Source: a virus. From it: a stretch of DNA of 64,000 nucleotides. Position numbers and translations under genes: made by a program. The DNA is taken from the IMG/VR virus record IMGVR_UViG_3300019132_000012, positions 1 through 64,000 of that record. One strand, written 5' to 3'. Below the pieces are notes generated by a model. The model did not search any database. It was not told the origin of the DNA and saw only the letters and a list, made by a program, of their open reading frames with translations. Numbering within the stretch: position 1 is the first letter of the stretch; each line of letters opens with the position of its first letter. Below, piece by piece: positions 52,657 to 60,294 of this stretch.

Positions 52657-52674
52657 TCGCTTGAATTCAAGCGA
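52657..52674. promoter_or_regulatory. Perfect 18-bp palindrome (motif family)
   Basis: TCGCTTGAATTCAAGCGA. Confidence 0.5.
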
Positions 52675-52856
52675 AGATTTGCGCGAAAGTTGTGGAACGA
52701 GGTCATACCGAAGCCGACGACCATGGCGATGAAGACAGCCGTGACGACGGCCAGGCACACAGGACCGAGCATGAAAACACTCCAACGATGCAGGGAAAAG
52801 GGAAGCGGTAAGCGCTTCGGGCTGCCCACCGGAGCCGATGGGCAGAGGCGAAGGGC

Positions 52857-53000
52857 TCAGTCCTCCTCGGCCGCGACCGCCACGAGCTGGGCGCGGGGGA
52901 GGTTGTGATAGAAGGCGACCTGGACCCTGGCCTTGTATGCCGACGAGGCAATCACCTCGTCGATCAGGGTTCCGAAGCGGGTGATCTTCCAGAGGCGCAC
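52857..53000 (-). CDS. Small protein (47 aa, GTG start)
   Basis: (V)RLWKITRFGTLIDEVIASSAYKARVQVAFYHNLPRAQLVAVAAEED; GGAGGA upstream. Confidence 0.35.
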   Translation of the reverse strand: MRLWKITRFGTLIDEVIASSAYKARVQVAFYHNLPRAQLVAVAAEED

Positions 53001-53011
53001 GGTTTCCTCCG

Positions 53012-53443
53012 TCAGTAGGCCGTGCCGGGAAAGTCGCCGTCCCCGTCGAGGCCGGACATGTCGAAGCCGCAGGCGCCCTTGCCGATGATGTTCGATCCCT
53101 GCACGAGCAGGGCGCTGGACAGGCGCATCCCCTGGACCGACTTGGTGCGGTTCTCCATCACGATCTTGAACTGGGGATTGGGCCGGTAGGTCAGGATGAA
53201 GAGTTGATTGTCGGCCGCCTCCGTGGCGCTCCAGGTCGGGCGCTTCTCGGACGAATGAATCACGGTCGCGCCGTCCTTGCGCATCGCCGCTTCTTCGAGC
53301 AGCGTCCCGGAGACCGGGATGAAGGCATAGGACAGCTCGCGACCCTTGGTGTCGGTCAGGACGCAGGCCAGTCTGACCTTCTCGGCCAGGGCGGGACTCG
53401 CCGCCATCAGGGCGAGCGAAAGGGTGGCAAGAAACTTGCGCAT
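53012..53443 (-). CDS. Secreted/periplasmic protein (143 aa)
   Basis: Signal peptide MRKFLATLSLALMAASPALA. Confidence 0.65.
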   Translation of the reverse strand: MRKFLATLSLALMAASPALAEKVRLACVLTDTKGRELSYAFIPVSGTLLEEAAMRKDGATVIHSSEKRPTWSATEAADNQLFILTYRPNPQFKIVMENRTKSVQGMRLSSALLVQGSNIIGKGACGFDMSGLDGDGDFPGTAY

Positions 53444-53469
53444 GGGCGATCTCCGGGGGCGTGTTTGGA

Positions 53470-53498
53470 ATGGAATAAGGAAGGGGGCGAAGCCCCCA
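53470..53498 (-). terminator. Rho-independent terminator
   Basis: Gene sense GGGGGC-UUC-GCCCCC followed by UUCCUUAUUCC. Confidence 0.55.
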
Positions 53499-53520
53499 GG
53501 CTACAAATGCCCTGTCGGGC

Positions 53521-53697
53521 TCAGCCGAGACGGTAGCCGTCGCGGAAGACGGTCTCGCGGCCGTTGGGCCAGCGGATCACGGCCTCGGACCGCTCGCGGA
53601 ACGAGAAGGCACGAGCCGCAGCCGTGATGGGATTGCCGTTGGTGCGAATGTCGTTCTTGATGGCGTAGACACGCCAGAAGGCAGCGTCGGCGATCAT
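53521..53697 (-). CDS. Small protein (58 aa)
   Basis: MIADAAFWRVYAIKNDIRTNGNPITAAARAFSFRERSEAVIRWPNGRETVFRDGYRLG. More protein-like than the overlapping 118 aa track ORF. Confidence 0.45.
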   Translation of the reverse strand: MIADAAFWRVYAIKNDIRTNGNPITAAARAFSFRERSEAVIRWPNGRETVFRDGYRLG

Positions 53698-53754
53698 GAC
53701 GAAAGCTCCAGTGCGGTTGTGAGATGGAAGAAGGATGGGGCCGCAGGCCCCGCG

Positions 53755-53955
53755 CTACGCGGGGATCGAGCGGTCCCGGAAGGGATGGTTGTGGACTCTG
53801 AGGTACACGACGGCTTGAGCGTGTCCTTCGAATGCGGCCAGAGGGGCGCCGTTGCACTCGATCACGAACGGGCGCTCGCCCAGCTCGGGCCGGTGGTGCA
53901 GCTCATACACATCGATGTACTCGTCATCCTCGCGGATGAACTGCGGGTGGATCAT
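53755..53955 (-). CDS. Hypothetical protein (66 aa)
   Basis: ORF; GAGGG upstream. A GGGGCC-GCA-GGCCCC hairpin lies just downstream. Confidence 0.5.
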   Translation of the reverse strand: MIHPQFIREDDEYIDVYELHHRPELGERPFVIECNGAPLAAFEGHAQAVVYLRVHNHPFRDRSIPA

Positions 53956-54089
53956 GGGGAAGCCCTCGCGCTACAGGCGGTCGAACAGGGCGTCGAGGTA
54001 ATCGCGCAGCCGCATGACCTCGGCGGGGCAGGTGAGTTCGTCGATCAGGTCCATGACCTTGATGATCTCATCGAGGATGTGCATGGCCG

Positions 54090-54371
54090 TCACTCACAGG
54101 AGTCGCCGCGATTGCCATAGGCCTGCCAGACGCCAGGCTCGACTTCGCGCGGCGCCTTGTAGGCGAGCGGCTTGCCGTCATGGGTCTTGCGGCTGCCAGG
54201 CGGCCAGTGAAACCAGGTGCCGTAGCCTGCGGGATGGTAGGCCTGCTGGATCCGCGCGATGGCCGCTGTCACAGCCTCGTGTGAGCCGGTGATCGTGTAG
54301 TTGACGGTACGGCCCTCGTAGCGCACGTCGACAGTCGCCTGATGCGACAGGGGAGGGGGATCCAGGGGCAT
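54090..54371 (-). CDS. Hypothetical protein (93 aa); first gene of the leftward block
   Basis: Internal start MPLDPPPLSHQ. Confidence 0.5.
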   Translation of the reverse strand: MPLDPPPLSHQATVDVRYEGRTVNYTITGSHEAVTAAIARIQQAYHPAGYGTWFHWPPGSRKTHDGKPLAYKAPREVEPGVWQAYGNRGDSCE

Positions 54372-54490
54372 GGTCAGGGCTCCAGAAAATGGTTCGGAAA
54401 ATCCCCGGAAAATCGAAAATAAATCTCCGAGGGGCGGAATTTCAGGTTTGCATCGGGCGCAAGAATCCCTCCGCGAACGGGGCGGATCGC

Positions 54491-54519
54491 TTGCATTCAA
54501 GCAAATTCTGTGCTATAAG
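54491..54519 (+). promoter_or_regulatory. Sigma70-like promoter TTGCAT-N17-TATAAG facing a gene-free stretch; overlaps a motif copy oriented for the minus strand
   Basis: cgcTTGCATtcaagcaaattctgtgcTATAAGtgg. Confidence 0.55.
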
Positions 54520-54525
54520 TGGTGC

Positions 54526-54890
54526 TTCAAACGAAGGCCCCGTTCAGTCCGTATGAGGGACGCGGGGCCGCTCTCCCAGCTCCCCGACAGAGGGTAGAAG
54601 CACAAGGGAGAAACCCAAGCAGAACAACAGGTTCAGCCGGAACAGGAGAGACAGCGGATCCGGGGCCGCTGGACACTCTCCCCATCACCCATAAGGGAAA
54701 GATCCCATAAGGGATGACAGGGAAGAGACAGACAGCCGGATAGCGGAATAGGCCGGATCCCCGATAGGCGGGAATAGAGGGAAAAGGCTGTCCAACGCCT
54801 ACTTTCGCCGCCTAAAAAGGCAAATTCCCGAATATCAGGGGCCGGGAAACACCTATTATAGGTTGCAAGGATCGATCCGAGTGGCCTCAG
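54526..54890 (+). ncRNA. Candidate non-coding transcript / protein-binding region, purine-rich, no credible ORF
   Basis: Strong A+G bias on the plus strand (acaagggagaaacccaagcagaacaacagg, cataagggaaagatcccataagggatgacagggaagagacagacag). Only junk-like short ORFs. A promoter lies directly upstream. Confidence 0.3.
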
Positions 54891-54921
54891 AACCGGGGTT
54901 TATACCACCCAACGGTTGAAA

Positions 54922-55365
54922 TCACTCGAAAATCGACTTCTTCGGGGCCTGATACCGGCGCTTCGGGCGCTCGAAGAGGGTCATGGCCGGAGGAGCGGGC
55001 GAGTGGATCGACTTCGGCTCCAGCTGCGGCGCGGGCACCCCGAGCGGACGGCGGGCGCGGATCCTGGCGACCTCGCGGTTCTGCTTGTGGACCAGCTCCA
55101 TCGCTTTCTCGATCCGGCGACGGGCGGGAGTCATCCGCACCTTGGGTGGGCGTAGGTCCGGCAGGGTCTCGGCCGCGTCCACGATGGCATCGTAGACGGC
55201 CAGACCGGACGGCAGACGGTAGCGTTCCTCGTCGGATGGCCGGTCCGACGCCTTTGCCGGGACAGGCTTCGCCTTGCGGGCGGGCTTGCGGCGGGCTTGG
55301 GGCGGCAGGGCGGCCACGACCGGCAGCAGGCAAGCGAGATCGGCCAGGGACTTCAGTGAAGCCAT
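54922..55365 (-). CDS. Hypothetical basic Pro/Arg/Lys-rich protein (147 aa)
   Basis: ORF with a GGAG RBS, flanked by long non-coding regions. Confidence 0.5.
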   Translation of the reverse strand: MASLKSLADLACLLPVVAALPPQARRKPARKAKPVPAKASDRPSDEERYRLPSGLAVYDAIVDAAETLPDLRPPKVRMTPARRRIEKAMELVHKQNREVARIRARRPLGVPAPQLEPKSIHSPAPPAMTLFERPKRRYQAPKKSIFE

Positions 55366-55512
55366 GGGAAACTCCTGAAAATGAGGGGCGGGGTTCGCCC
55401 TATAGGCGGGCGGATCGGGGAATGGGCCGGACCATCTGCGGATGGCTGGCGGCCGGATACGGGAAAACCCTCGATCCGACGAAAAATCGGAGAGGGTTTG
55501 CCGGAATCCGGG

Positions 55513-55543
55513 TCAAAGAAAAGCCCGCTCGGAAGCGGGCTTG
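55513..55543 (-). terminator. Rho-independent terminator
   Basis: Gene sense AAGCCCGCU-UCCG-AGCGGGCUU followed by UUCUUUG. Confidence 0.7.
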
Positions 55544-55566
55544 GATGTTATCGGCTGGGCTTAGGC

Positions 55567-56475
55567 TTAGGCAGCTTCCGCCATGGTTTCCGGCTGGGCT
55601 GCCTTGGGCGCATTGGCGTTCGCCTTGGCCAGCTTGTCCGCCTTGGGCTTGGCCGCCTTGGGCTTGGACTCGCCGTTGACGATGGATTCCGCCTTGGCGA
55701 TTGCACCGCCAAGTTCACGAATGCGGAATTCGATTGCGTCGCGCATTTCCTGAAGCAACTTGACGTCGCCGAACTTGGGCAGAGTCTTGGCCTTAAAATT
55801 GGCCACATACTCTTCAGGAGTCACCTTGCCGCCCTTACCCTTGCCGCCCTTGGTCAGGGCGGATTCCAGTTGGGCATAGGACAAGCCCAGCTTGCCGCCC
55901 TTACCCTTGGCACCCCAACGGTTGAGGAAAAGCCGGACAATGGCCTCCCGTTGCTTGGCTTCCGTGCCCAGCTTCCCGGCATTGGTCAAGCCTTCTGCCT
56001 CATTCGTGGCGAGTGCAATGAAGGCAGGGCGCGCAACCTTGCGCACCTTGGCCAAGCCTTCGGTCACGTCCTTGAATGAGGCATTGAAATAATCTTCCAA
56101 TGCCTGTTTCCGGTTCTTGTCCGTACCCTTGGCGGCCAGGGCGGCAAGCCTGGAAGCCTCCTCGCCACGGTGCGCGGGGAGGCCCATGGAAACCATGGTT
56201 TTAAGGGTAATGGTCCAAATTTCCGACCAAACCGACTCGGGAGTCGTCTTGTGGCCATAGAGCCAACGGCGAACGATCATTTCCGCACAAGAATGAACGA
56301 TTGCGTAGGTGGCAGTCAGGGCGGCCGATTCAAGCTCCTTTGCCGCCTCTTCCGCCTTGCCAAGCATGGCAATGGCATGGGAAAGGGTAACAATCTTGGT
56401 TTCCGTGGTGTCTTCCGTAGCGGTGGCAACGGTCTTAGCGGAAACGGTAGCCTTGGCATTGGTCTTAACGGTCAT
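55567..56475 (-). CDS. Hypothetical protein with Lys/Ala/Gly-rich C-terminal region (302 aa)
   Basis: ORF with GAGG upstream. KGKGGK repeats and a KPKAAKPKADKLAKANANAPKAAQ tail suggest nucleic-acid binding. Confidence 0.6.
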   Translation of the reverse strand: MTVKTNAKATVSAKTVATATEDTTETKIVTLSHAIAMLGKAEEAAKELESAALTATYAIVHSCAEMIVRRWLYGHKTTPESVWSEIWTITLKTMVSMGLPAHRGEEASRLAALAAKGTDKNRKQALEDYFNASFKDVTEGLAKVRKVARPAFIALATNEAEGLTNAGKLGTEAKQREAIVRLFLNRWGAKGKGGKLGLSYAQLESALTKGGKGKGGKVTPEEYVANFKAKTLPKFGDVKLLQEMRDAIEFRIRELGGAIAKAESIVNGESKPKAAKPKADKLAKANANAPKAAQPETMAEAA

Positions 56476-56680
56476 GGTCTCAATCCTCTATCTGTGCCCT
56501 GTCAGGGCGTTGCTGGGTTGGGGAGGCTTCCCGGCAAGGCCGGGAAAAACCGACCCATTGGGCAGCCTTCCCCGTTCTCCGAGGAGGTTCCTCCCGGAGT
56601 CCGCCTCCCCGCGCGGGGAGGCTTGAAGGCTTGCTACGAAACAAGGTAGCTATGGCGTAATGCAATCGCTGCATGACGTT
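56476..56680 (-). promoter_or_regulatory. Highly structured 5' leader (four consecutive hairpins)
   Basis: Gene sense GCCUCCCCGC/GCGGGGAGGC, CCGGGAGGAACCUCCUCGG, UCCCGGCCUUGCCGGGA, GCCCUGACAGGGC. Confidence 0.45.
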
Positions 56681-56720
56681 CCATCACGTTACGCGCGTGC
56701 TGGCATTTGCACAAACGTTC

Positions 56721-56734
56721 CTGACAATTGTCAG
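56721..56734. promoter_or_regulatory. Perfect 14-bp palindrome
   Basis: CTGACAATTGTCAG. Confidence 0.4.
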
Positions 56735-56758
56735 TTAGTCTTTAGTCGTAGAAGTTAA

Positions 56759-56787
56759 GCGTTTGAATTCAAACAAGAATTTGCTTG
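56759..56787. promoter_or_regulatory. Motif copy (palindromic form) plus half-site
   Basis: gcgtttgaattcaaac..aatttgcttg. Confidence 0.45.
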
Positions 56788-56915
56788 TTGAGTCCGTTGC
56801 CCAACGATATCAGAAAGCAACAATGCTACGAGAATTCCTTGGATGTTGTTGCTTTGCGCGCGCTTGCGTACTAAACCATTGACATCATTGCGGAATTTAT
56901 GAGCATTTTCGCCCT

Positions 56916-56997
56916 AGTAAAGCACAAGTAAAACTCTTCCAATGCTTTGCAACCTTGCTTGTCGCGCCCAAGTAAAACCAATTCTCACCAAGTAAAC
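56916..56997 (+). repeat. Four direct copies of (C)AAGTAAA(A)C in an AT-rich spacer
   Basis: tagtaaagc, caagtaaaac, ccaagtaaaacc, ccaagtaaac. Confidence 0.5.
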
Positions 56998-57221
56998 AAA
57001 AGACTTGACAGGGGAATTACACGGAAGAATCAGAGCGAACATTACACGAATATTTTTTATTGCGACATGCCCCGCCATGTTGGGGGCCCCATACCCATAC
57101 CATAAACCCGCAAAAGGCCCTTTTACACATGGGCAACGGGGTCTGTGCCTCGATGAAGACTGTCAGGCGCAGGATCAGCGGCCCGCGATGCACGCCTCCG
57201 GGCACCTGTCAAGCCCGTGAC

Positions 57222-57256
57222 TTGACATTTTGTCGCGTGTTTGCTTGAATGCAAAC
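57222..57256 (+). promoter_or_regulatory. Candidate rightward promoter TTGACA-N17-TTGAAT overlapping inverted repeat GTTTGC-TTGAAT-GCAAAC
   Basis: cTTGACAttttgtcgcgtgtttgcTTGAATgcaaac, 20 nt upstream of the AAGGAG-ATG at 57276. Confidence 0.5.
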
Positions 57257-57275
57257 GGCAACAAGGAGCCTCTGC

Positions 57276-57425
57276 ATGAACGAGATCTTCCAACTGGCGA
57301 AGCAGAGCGCCCCTGTCGTGGTCGTCTTTGCCTCGACAGGCGTGTTCTGTGCCCTGCTCCTCGAACAGGCCGCCAAGTCCCTGGCCGCGTACACCGGCCG
57401 CCGTCCCGACGAGACAGGTGTGTGA
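57276..57425 (+). CDS. Small membrane protein (49 aa); first gene of the rightward operon
   Basis: MNEIFQLAKQSAPVVVVFASTGVFCALLLEQAAKSLAAYTGRRPDETGV. AAGGAG lies 7 nt upstream. TGATG coupling. Confidence 0.5.
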   Translation: MNEIFQLAKQSAPVVVVFASTGVFCALLLEQAAKSLAAYTGRRPDETGV

Positions 57426-57613
57426 TGGAGGCAGACCGCTACAAGCTCGTCTCCGACGATTCCGGCCACGACTACGCCATCCCGGTCCTCCTCGAAGACC
57501 AATGGGACGCCTGGAGGGCGCTGCCGTCCGACGATCCAGCGGCCTGGGAGGCGCCGTCCTTCGCGATCCCGGTCGAGGGTGACTTCACCTTCACCGATCC
57601 GCAGCCGCGATGA
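57425..57613 (+). CDS. Hypothetical acidic protein (62 aa)
   Basis: MEADRYKLVSDDSGHDYAIPVLLEDQWDAW...; coupled at both ends. Confidence 0.5.
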   Translation: MEADRYKLVSDDSGHDYAIPVLLEDQWDAWRALPSDDPAAWEAPSFAIPVEGDFTFTDPQPR

Positions 57614-57774
57614 GCCCCAGCCACCGCGTCTGCCGCCGCTGGAACCGGATCGGACTGCGAGGCCGCATGAGGGTCATCGTCCAGAACGAAACCGGCCTCC
57701 GCAAGCGCCCTGCGCGGCGCTCGGAGAGGAAGGGCAGGGCAGAGATCAGGCGAGAGTTTCTCATGATCGACTGA
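57610..57774 (+). CDS. Small Arg-rich protein (54 aa)
   Basis: MSPSHRVCRRWNRIGLRGRMRVIVQNETGLRKRPARRSERKGRAEIRREFLMID. ATGA coupling; followed by a terminator. Confidence 0.35.
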   Translation: MSPSHRVCRRWNRIGLRGRMRVIVQNETGLRKRPARRSERKGRAEIRREFLMID

Positions 57775-57777
57775 CCA

Positions 57778-57806
57778 CCCCCTCCTCGAACGAGGGGGCC
57801 TGTTTT
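57778..57806 (+). terminator. Rho-independent terminator
   Basis: ccccctc-ctcgaac-gaggggg followed by cctgtttt. Confidence 0.65.
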
Positions 57807-57956
57807 GGGGCCCCACCCGAGTCGTAGCGACCCCTAAAAGGGCCTTTTCCAGCCTGCGGGTCGCCTTCGGCGACAAGAGATTAACCATCGGCCGCCTGCG
57901 GGGCGCGGCCGGTGGCACCAACCGAGTAGGGCCGCGTGCGGCGGCCAGGAGTAACC

Positions 57957-58283
57957 ATGGAAGTTAATCACTCAGCCTATTTCATCGAGAACGCGGATAG
58001 CCCGGTCCACGCGCCCTACTACATCGCGTCCGGCCGGTGTGGCACCTACTGGACCACGAACATCTTTGAGGCCAAGCGCTTCGCCACCGACACGATGGCC
58101 GCTGGCTACGCGAGGCTGCAGGGCCTGGACTCGGACCAATACCGCATCGCCGACCACATCCTGACCGAGGTCGTCGACTACGAGGTCGTCGATACCGGCG
58201 AGGAGGAGACCGGTCCACCCGAGCATGTTCGCTCGACCGCGAGCGCCGAGGACATCATCCGTGCGGCCGGAGAAGTCGCATGA
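57957..58283 (+). CDS. Hypothetical protein (108 aa)
   Basis: Start MEVNHSAYF lies 5 nt after GGAG. Confidence 0.55.
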   Translation: MEVNHSAYFIENADSPVHAPYYIASGRCGTYWTTNIFEAKRFATDTMAAGYARLQGLDSDQYRIADHILTEVVDYEVVDTGEEETGPPEHVRSTASAEDIIRAAGEVA

Positions 58284-58735
58284 AGTTCCGTTTCATCGTC
58301 GAGAACCAGATCGAGCGCGGCCAACCAGCTCTGCACATCGTGTCCGAGGGCTGGGCCTTGAGCGGCAAGCGTTCCGTCGCCCTGCCGATGGTCTTCAAGG
58401 TGTTCGAGGAAGGTGAGGATCCTCAGACCGGGCCCGCACTGGCCGAAGGCTGGGACGGCGACGAGGGCCTGATCGACGCCTTCCTGCAGGGAGCATTGGA
58501 AGCGGCATGGGCGAGGGGGCTTCGCCCCAGTCAAGCTACCGCACCAGAGACGCCCGTCGAGCCCGCGCCTGTGGTCAACAACGTGGTCCAGGCGAGCGAC
58601 GAGCTGGTCGAGGCCAAGGACGCCCACATCGCCGATCTCAGGATCCTCGCCTTCCATCTGGCCGGGATCGACGTCGAGGCGGACGGCCACAGCAACATCA
58701 CCGAATTCGAGAGCCGTCATGACAGCGCCGAGTAA
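58280..58735 (+). CDS. Hypothetical protein (151 aa)
   Basis: ORF; ATGA coupling. Confidence 0.55.
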   Translation: MKFRFIVENQIERGQPALHIVSEGWALSGKRSVALPMVFKVFEEGEDPQTGPALAEGWDGDEGLIDAFLQGALEAAWARGLRPSQATAPETPVEPAPVVNNVVQASDELVEAKDAHIADLRILAFHLAGIDVEADGHSNITEFESRHDSAE

Positions 58736-58958
58736 AGCTATCTTCGCCGCCACGCAGCACATGGCCGAACTGATCCGTGACCGTAATGGGCTCGACCGGA
58801 CCCAATGGGACGCCATCGGTTTCAGCCAGGCACTTGCCGGTCGCCGCTTCGATTTCATCCTGGTTGCCGACGTCCATCCTCACGACCGGCTCACGGACGA
58901 CAAACTCAGCCACCTTCGTACCCGCCTCGGTTATGGCGGCGAACTCATCATCATCTGA
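58719..58958 (+). CDS. Hypothetical protein (79 aa)
   Basis: ORF in the operon. Confidence 0.5.
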   Translation: MTAPSKAIFAATQHMAELIRDRNGLDRTQWDAIGFSQALAGRRFDFILVADVHPHDRLTDDKLSHLRTRLGYGGELIII

Positions 58959-58965
58959 GGCCCAC

Positions 58966-59109
58966 ATGCCCAGCAGCCAGACACTCGCCCTGATGGGCCT
59001 GCTCCAGGCCATCATGAATGTCTCTCATGGACCCGATCACATCAAGATCCGTGCGGGCTTCCTGTATTCCCGGCTCATAGGCCGGAAACACCCCTTCGCG
59101 ACGGTGTAA
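58966..59109 (+). CDS. Small protein (47 aa)
   Basis: MPSSQTLALMGLLQAIMNVSHGPDHIKIRAGFLYSRLIGRKHPFATV; GAGG upstream. Confidence 0.35.
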   Translation: MPSSQTLALMGLLQAIMNVSHGPDHIKIRAGFLYSRLIGRKHPFATV

Positions 59110-59111
59110 CC

Positions 59112-59334
59112 ATGGTCGAGAACCGCCACGGCGTACCTCTGTCACAGTGGAAGAAGTGGACCGAGACCGCTCGGGCCACTTTCAATCACCTCTTTTGAAG
59201 CCATGGAAGACCAGATCCTGTTCAAGAACCCACAGGCGGACGACCTTCCGTACCCTCATTGGGGCACGATCCGCTGGAACGCAGCCTTCGAGGCCGCTCA
59301 CTTCATCACGCAACGAGAATTAGGACGAACGTAA
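59112..59334 (+). pseudogene. Small gene split by a frameshift at a T-run (28 aa ORF 59112..59198 plus 43 aa ORF 59203..59334)
   Basis: ...TFNHLF* at ctcTTTTGAagccATGgaa. Removing one T gives a continuous ...NHLFEAMEDQILFKNPQADDLPYPHWGTIRWNAAFEAAHF.... Confidence 0.4.
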
Positions 59335-59534
59335 TGGCACGCGCCCCGAAAATCTCCGCTGACGAGCGTCGTTGGCGGGCTGAAGACGATCTTCGCACCC
59401 TCACCAGAGCGCAGGAGATCCAGAAAGACCGCTCCCGCATGAGTCAGGTCCAGAAGATCGCCCAGCAGCAGGTCAAAACCCTATCCGCCGTGGTGCAACC
59501 GGCCGCCAGGAAGTCCCCGGCCCGCAAGAAGTAA
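59334..59534 (+). CDS. Small basic coiled-coil protein (66 aa)
   Basis: MARAPKISADERRWRAEDDLRTLTRAQEIQKDRSRM...; TAATG coupling. Confidence 0.5.
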   Translation: MARAPKISADERRWRAEDDLRTLTRAQEIQKDRSRMSQVQKIAQQQVKTLSAVVQPAARKSPARKK

Positions 59535-59559
59535 CCCCCATCCTCATCCGAAGCACCCG

Positions 59560-59590
59560 GCCCCGAGCGATCCTCGGGGCTTTTTTGTTG
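59560..59590 (+). terminator. Rho-independent terminator
   Basis: gccccgag-cgatc-ctcggggc followed by ttttttgtt. Confidence 0.8.
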
Positions 59591-59610
59591 CCCAAGACAG
59601 GAGCCCTGCC

Positions 59611-59937
59611 ATGGCGGGACTGCCCGACAAGGTCCACATCGGACCCTTCACCTACAACATCAACTACGAATGGCCCGAGGAAGAAGCAGAGCGCAAGCGT
59701 GCCTGGGGTCTGATCCACAAGCTCACCTTCGACATCGACATCATGGAAGGCATGGCGCCTAAGCGCCAGGTCGAAGTCACCATGCACGAGATCTTCCACG
59801 GCATGTGGGATGCGGCCGGTCTCGGTGAGCCCGTCGATGAGGAGACCGCCGTCTCGGCCCTCGCCATCCAGATGATCCAGGTCATGAAGAACAACCCGGA
59901 GCTGATCAGGGCCATGCTGCGGGAGCTGCAGAAATGA
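59611..59937 (+). CDS. Small HExxH protein (putative metallopeptidase-like, 108 aa)
   Basis: VTMHEIFHGMWD contains HEIFH. Confidence 0.5.
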   Translation: MAGLPDKVHIGPFTYNINYEWPEEEAERKRAWGLIHKLTFDIDIMEGMAPKRQVEVTMHEIFHGMWDAAGLGEPVDEETAVSALAIQMIQVMKNNPELIRAMLRELQK

Positions 59938-60242
59938 ACATCGTGGTCGCGGATTCGCGCAAGCACGCGGAGGCGGTGATCCGGTGGATGAAGCTCGATC
60001 CCGAAGACTGGGTGCCCTATGCCTACGGCGACACGCTCCAGGGCGTGTACGGCTTCGCCAAGATCGTGCGGCCCCTGGAGGGCGTCACGGAGGCGCATTT
60101 CGACTGGATCCTGGAGCAGCTCGTACCCCGCGTGGTCCACGACACCCATCCGGTCCCCATGAGCTGGAAGCTCGACAGTCCAGAACCGGTCCACGACGAG
60201 ATCAGGACGGGCCTGACCGACAACCCGATCTGGGGGTATTGA
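59934..60242 (+). CDS. Hypothetical protein (102 aa)
   Basis: ORF; ATGA coupling. Confidence 0.55.
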   Translation: MNIVVADSRKHAEAVIRWMKLDPEDWVPYAYGDTLQGVYGFAKIVRPLEGVTEAHFDWILEQLVPRVVHDTHPVPMSWKLDSPEPVHDEIRTGLTDNPIWGY

Positions 60243-60250
60243 CACGTTTG

Positions 60251-60290
60251 CCGATTTGCATTAAAACAAATGGCAGAATGCAAATAGTCT
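60251..60290 (+). promoter_or_regulatory. Motif pair TTGCAT-N16-ATGCAA
   Basis: ccgatttgcattaaaacaaatggcagaatgcaaatagtct. Confidence 0.4.
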
Positions 60291-60294
60291 GATT

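Noticed and set aside
52602-52829. 75-aa minus-strand ORF (possible 56-aa membrane peptide from 52772)
   Set aside because: It reads straight through the perfect palindrome at 52657-52674 and overlaps the better-supported 44-aa ORF at 52481..52615. The C-terminal half is Arg/Leu-rich. Left unannotated.
55590-55690. GCCTTGGGC tandem DNA repeats
   Set aside because: They lie inside the 55567..56475 CDS and simply encode the Lys/Ala/Pro-rich tail (KPKAAKPKADKLAKA). This is low-complexity coding sequence, not a regulatory repeat.
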